DNA from: Vezdaea acicularis
Taxonomy: Eukaryota
Assembly (NCBI GenBank): GCA_026025075.1
Contig: JAPEUI010000041.1
Coordinates: forward strand, 62,001 to 126,000
DNA: 64,000 nt
Direction of reading: 5' to 3'
Positions 63,714 through 64,000 of the stretch are shown here, piece by piece. The notes under the pieces are model-generated. The model worked only from the letters and a program-made list of their open reading frames with translations, did no database searches and was not told the origin of the DNA. The translations under genes and the position numbers were made by a program. Numbering within the stretch: position 1 is the first letter of the stretch; every line of letters starts with the position of its first letter.

Positions 63714-64000
63714 CAACACTGAAGGAAAAAGGGTTAGACTATATGTCTACAGTCTGCATCGTCCCAGCACCCTGTGCCCGAGTACCCTCCAACGTCAAAA
63801 TAGCATGAGGGGCTCGGAGGGTATCATGAGCCGCTGCTCTCTTGCTTCGGCGAAATCCCCAGATCTTTGATCACTTCCGATGGTGACGGTAGGTCACGGA
63901 CTCTCGACCGGATGATGGGACTTTGGTGCAGGTACTGTGGGTGAGATCGAGTATGATGTGCGGAATGTAAAGATGAGATGGCTAGAGGAAAGAGGAGATT

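Overview
Gene-dense window of a filamentous ascomycete (Pezizomycotina) genome. Short GT-AG introns with CTAAC/CTGAC branch points are common. It holds about 24 protein-coding genes, most of them conserved housekeeping genes: WSC1-like sensor, CHO1, GAR1, THS1, prefoldin 3, Mis14/NSL1, SEC14, RasGAP, RRP6, GPI1, RAD54, VAC14, YTP1-like, EFM5, complex I 40-kDa subunit, RPN9, a GH18 chitinase and the clock gene frq. Accessory segments lie at 0-11 kb and 36.5-41 kb. I saw no tRNA, rRNA, CRISPR array or intact transposon. Best leads: (1) a 3-exon, 92-aa membrane microprotein gene, absent from the ORF track, whose stop lies 19 nt before the GPI1 ATG, suggesting a bicistronic locus; (2) a non-RD kinase fused to a recently shuffled ankyrin array that varies at the binding-face positions, with decayed repeats past the stop; (3) a stand-alone M35-type prodomain gene and a separate prodomain-less M35-like protein with a broken HExxH motif. 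All calls are by eye from the sequence; no database searches were run.
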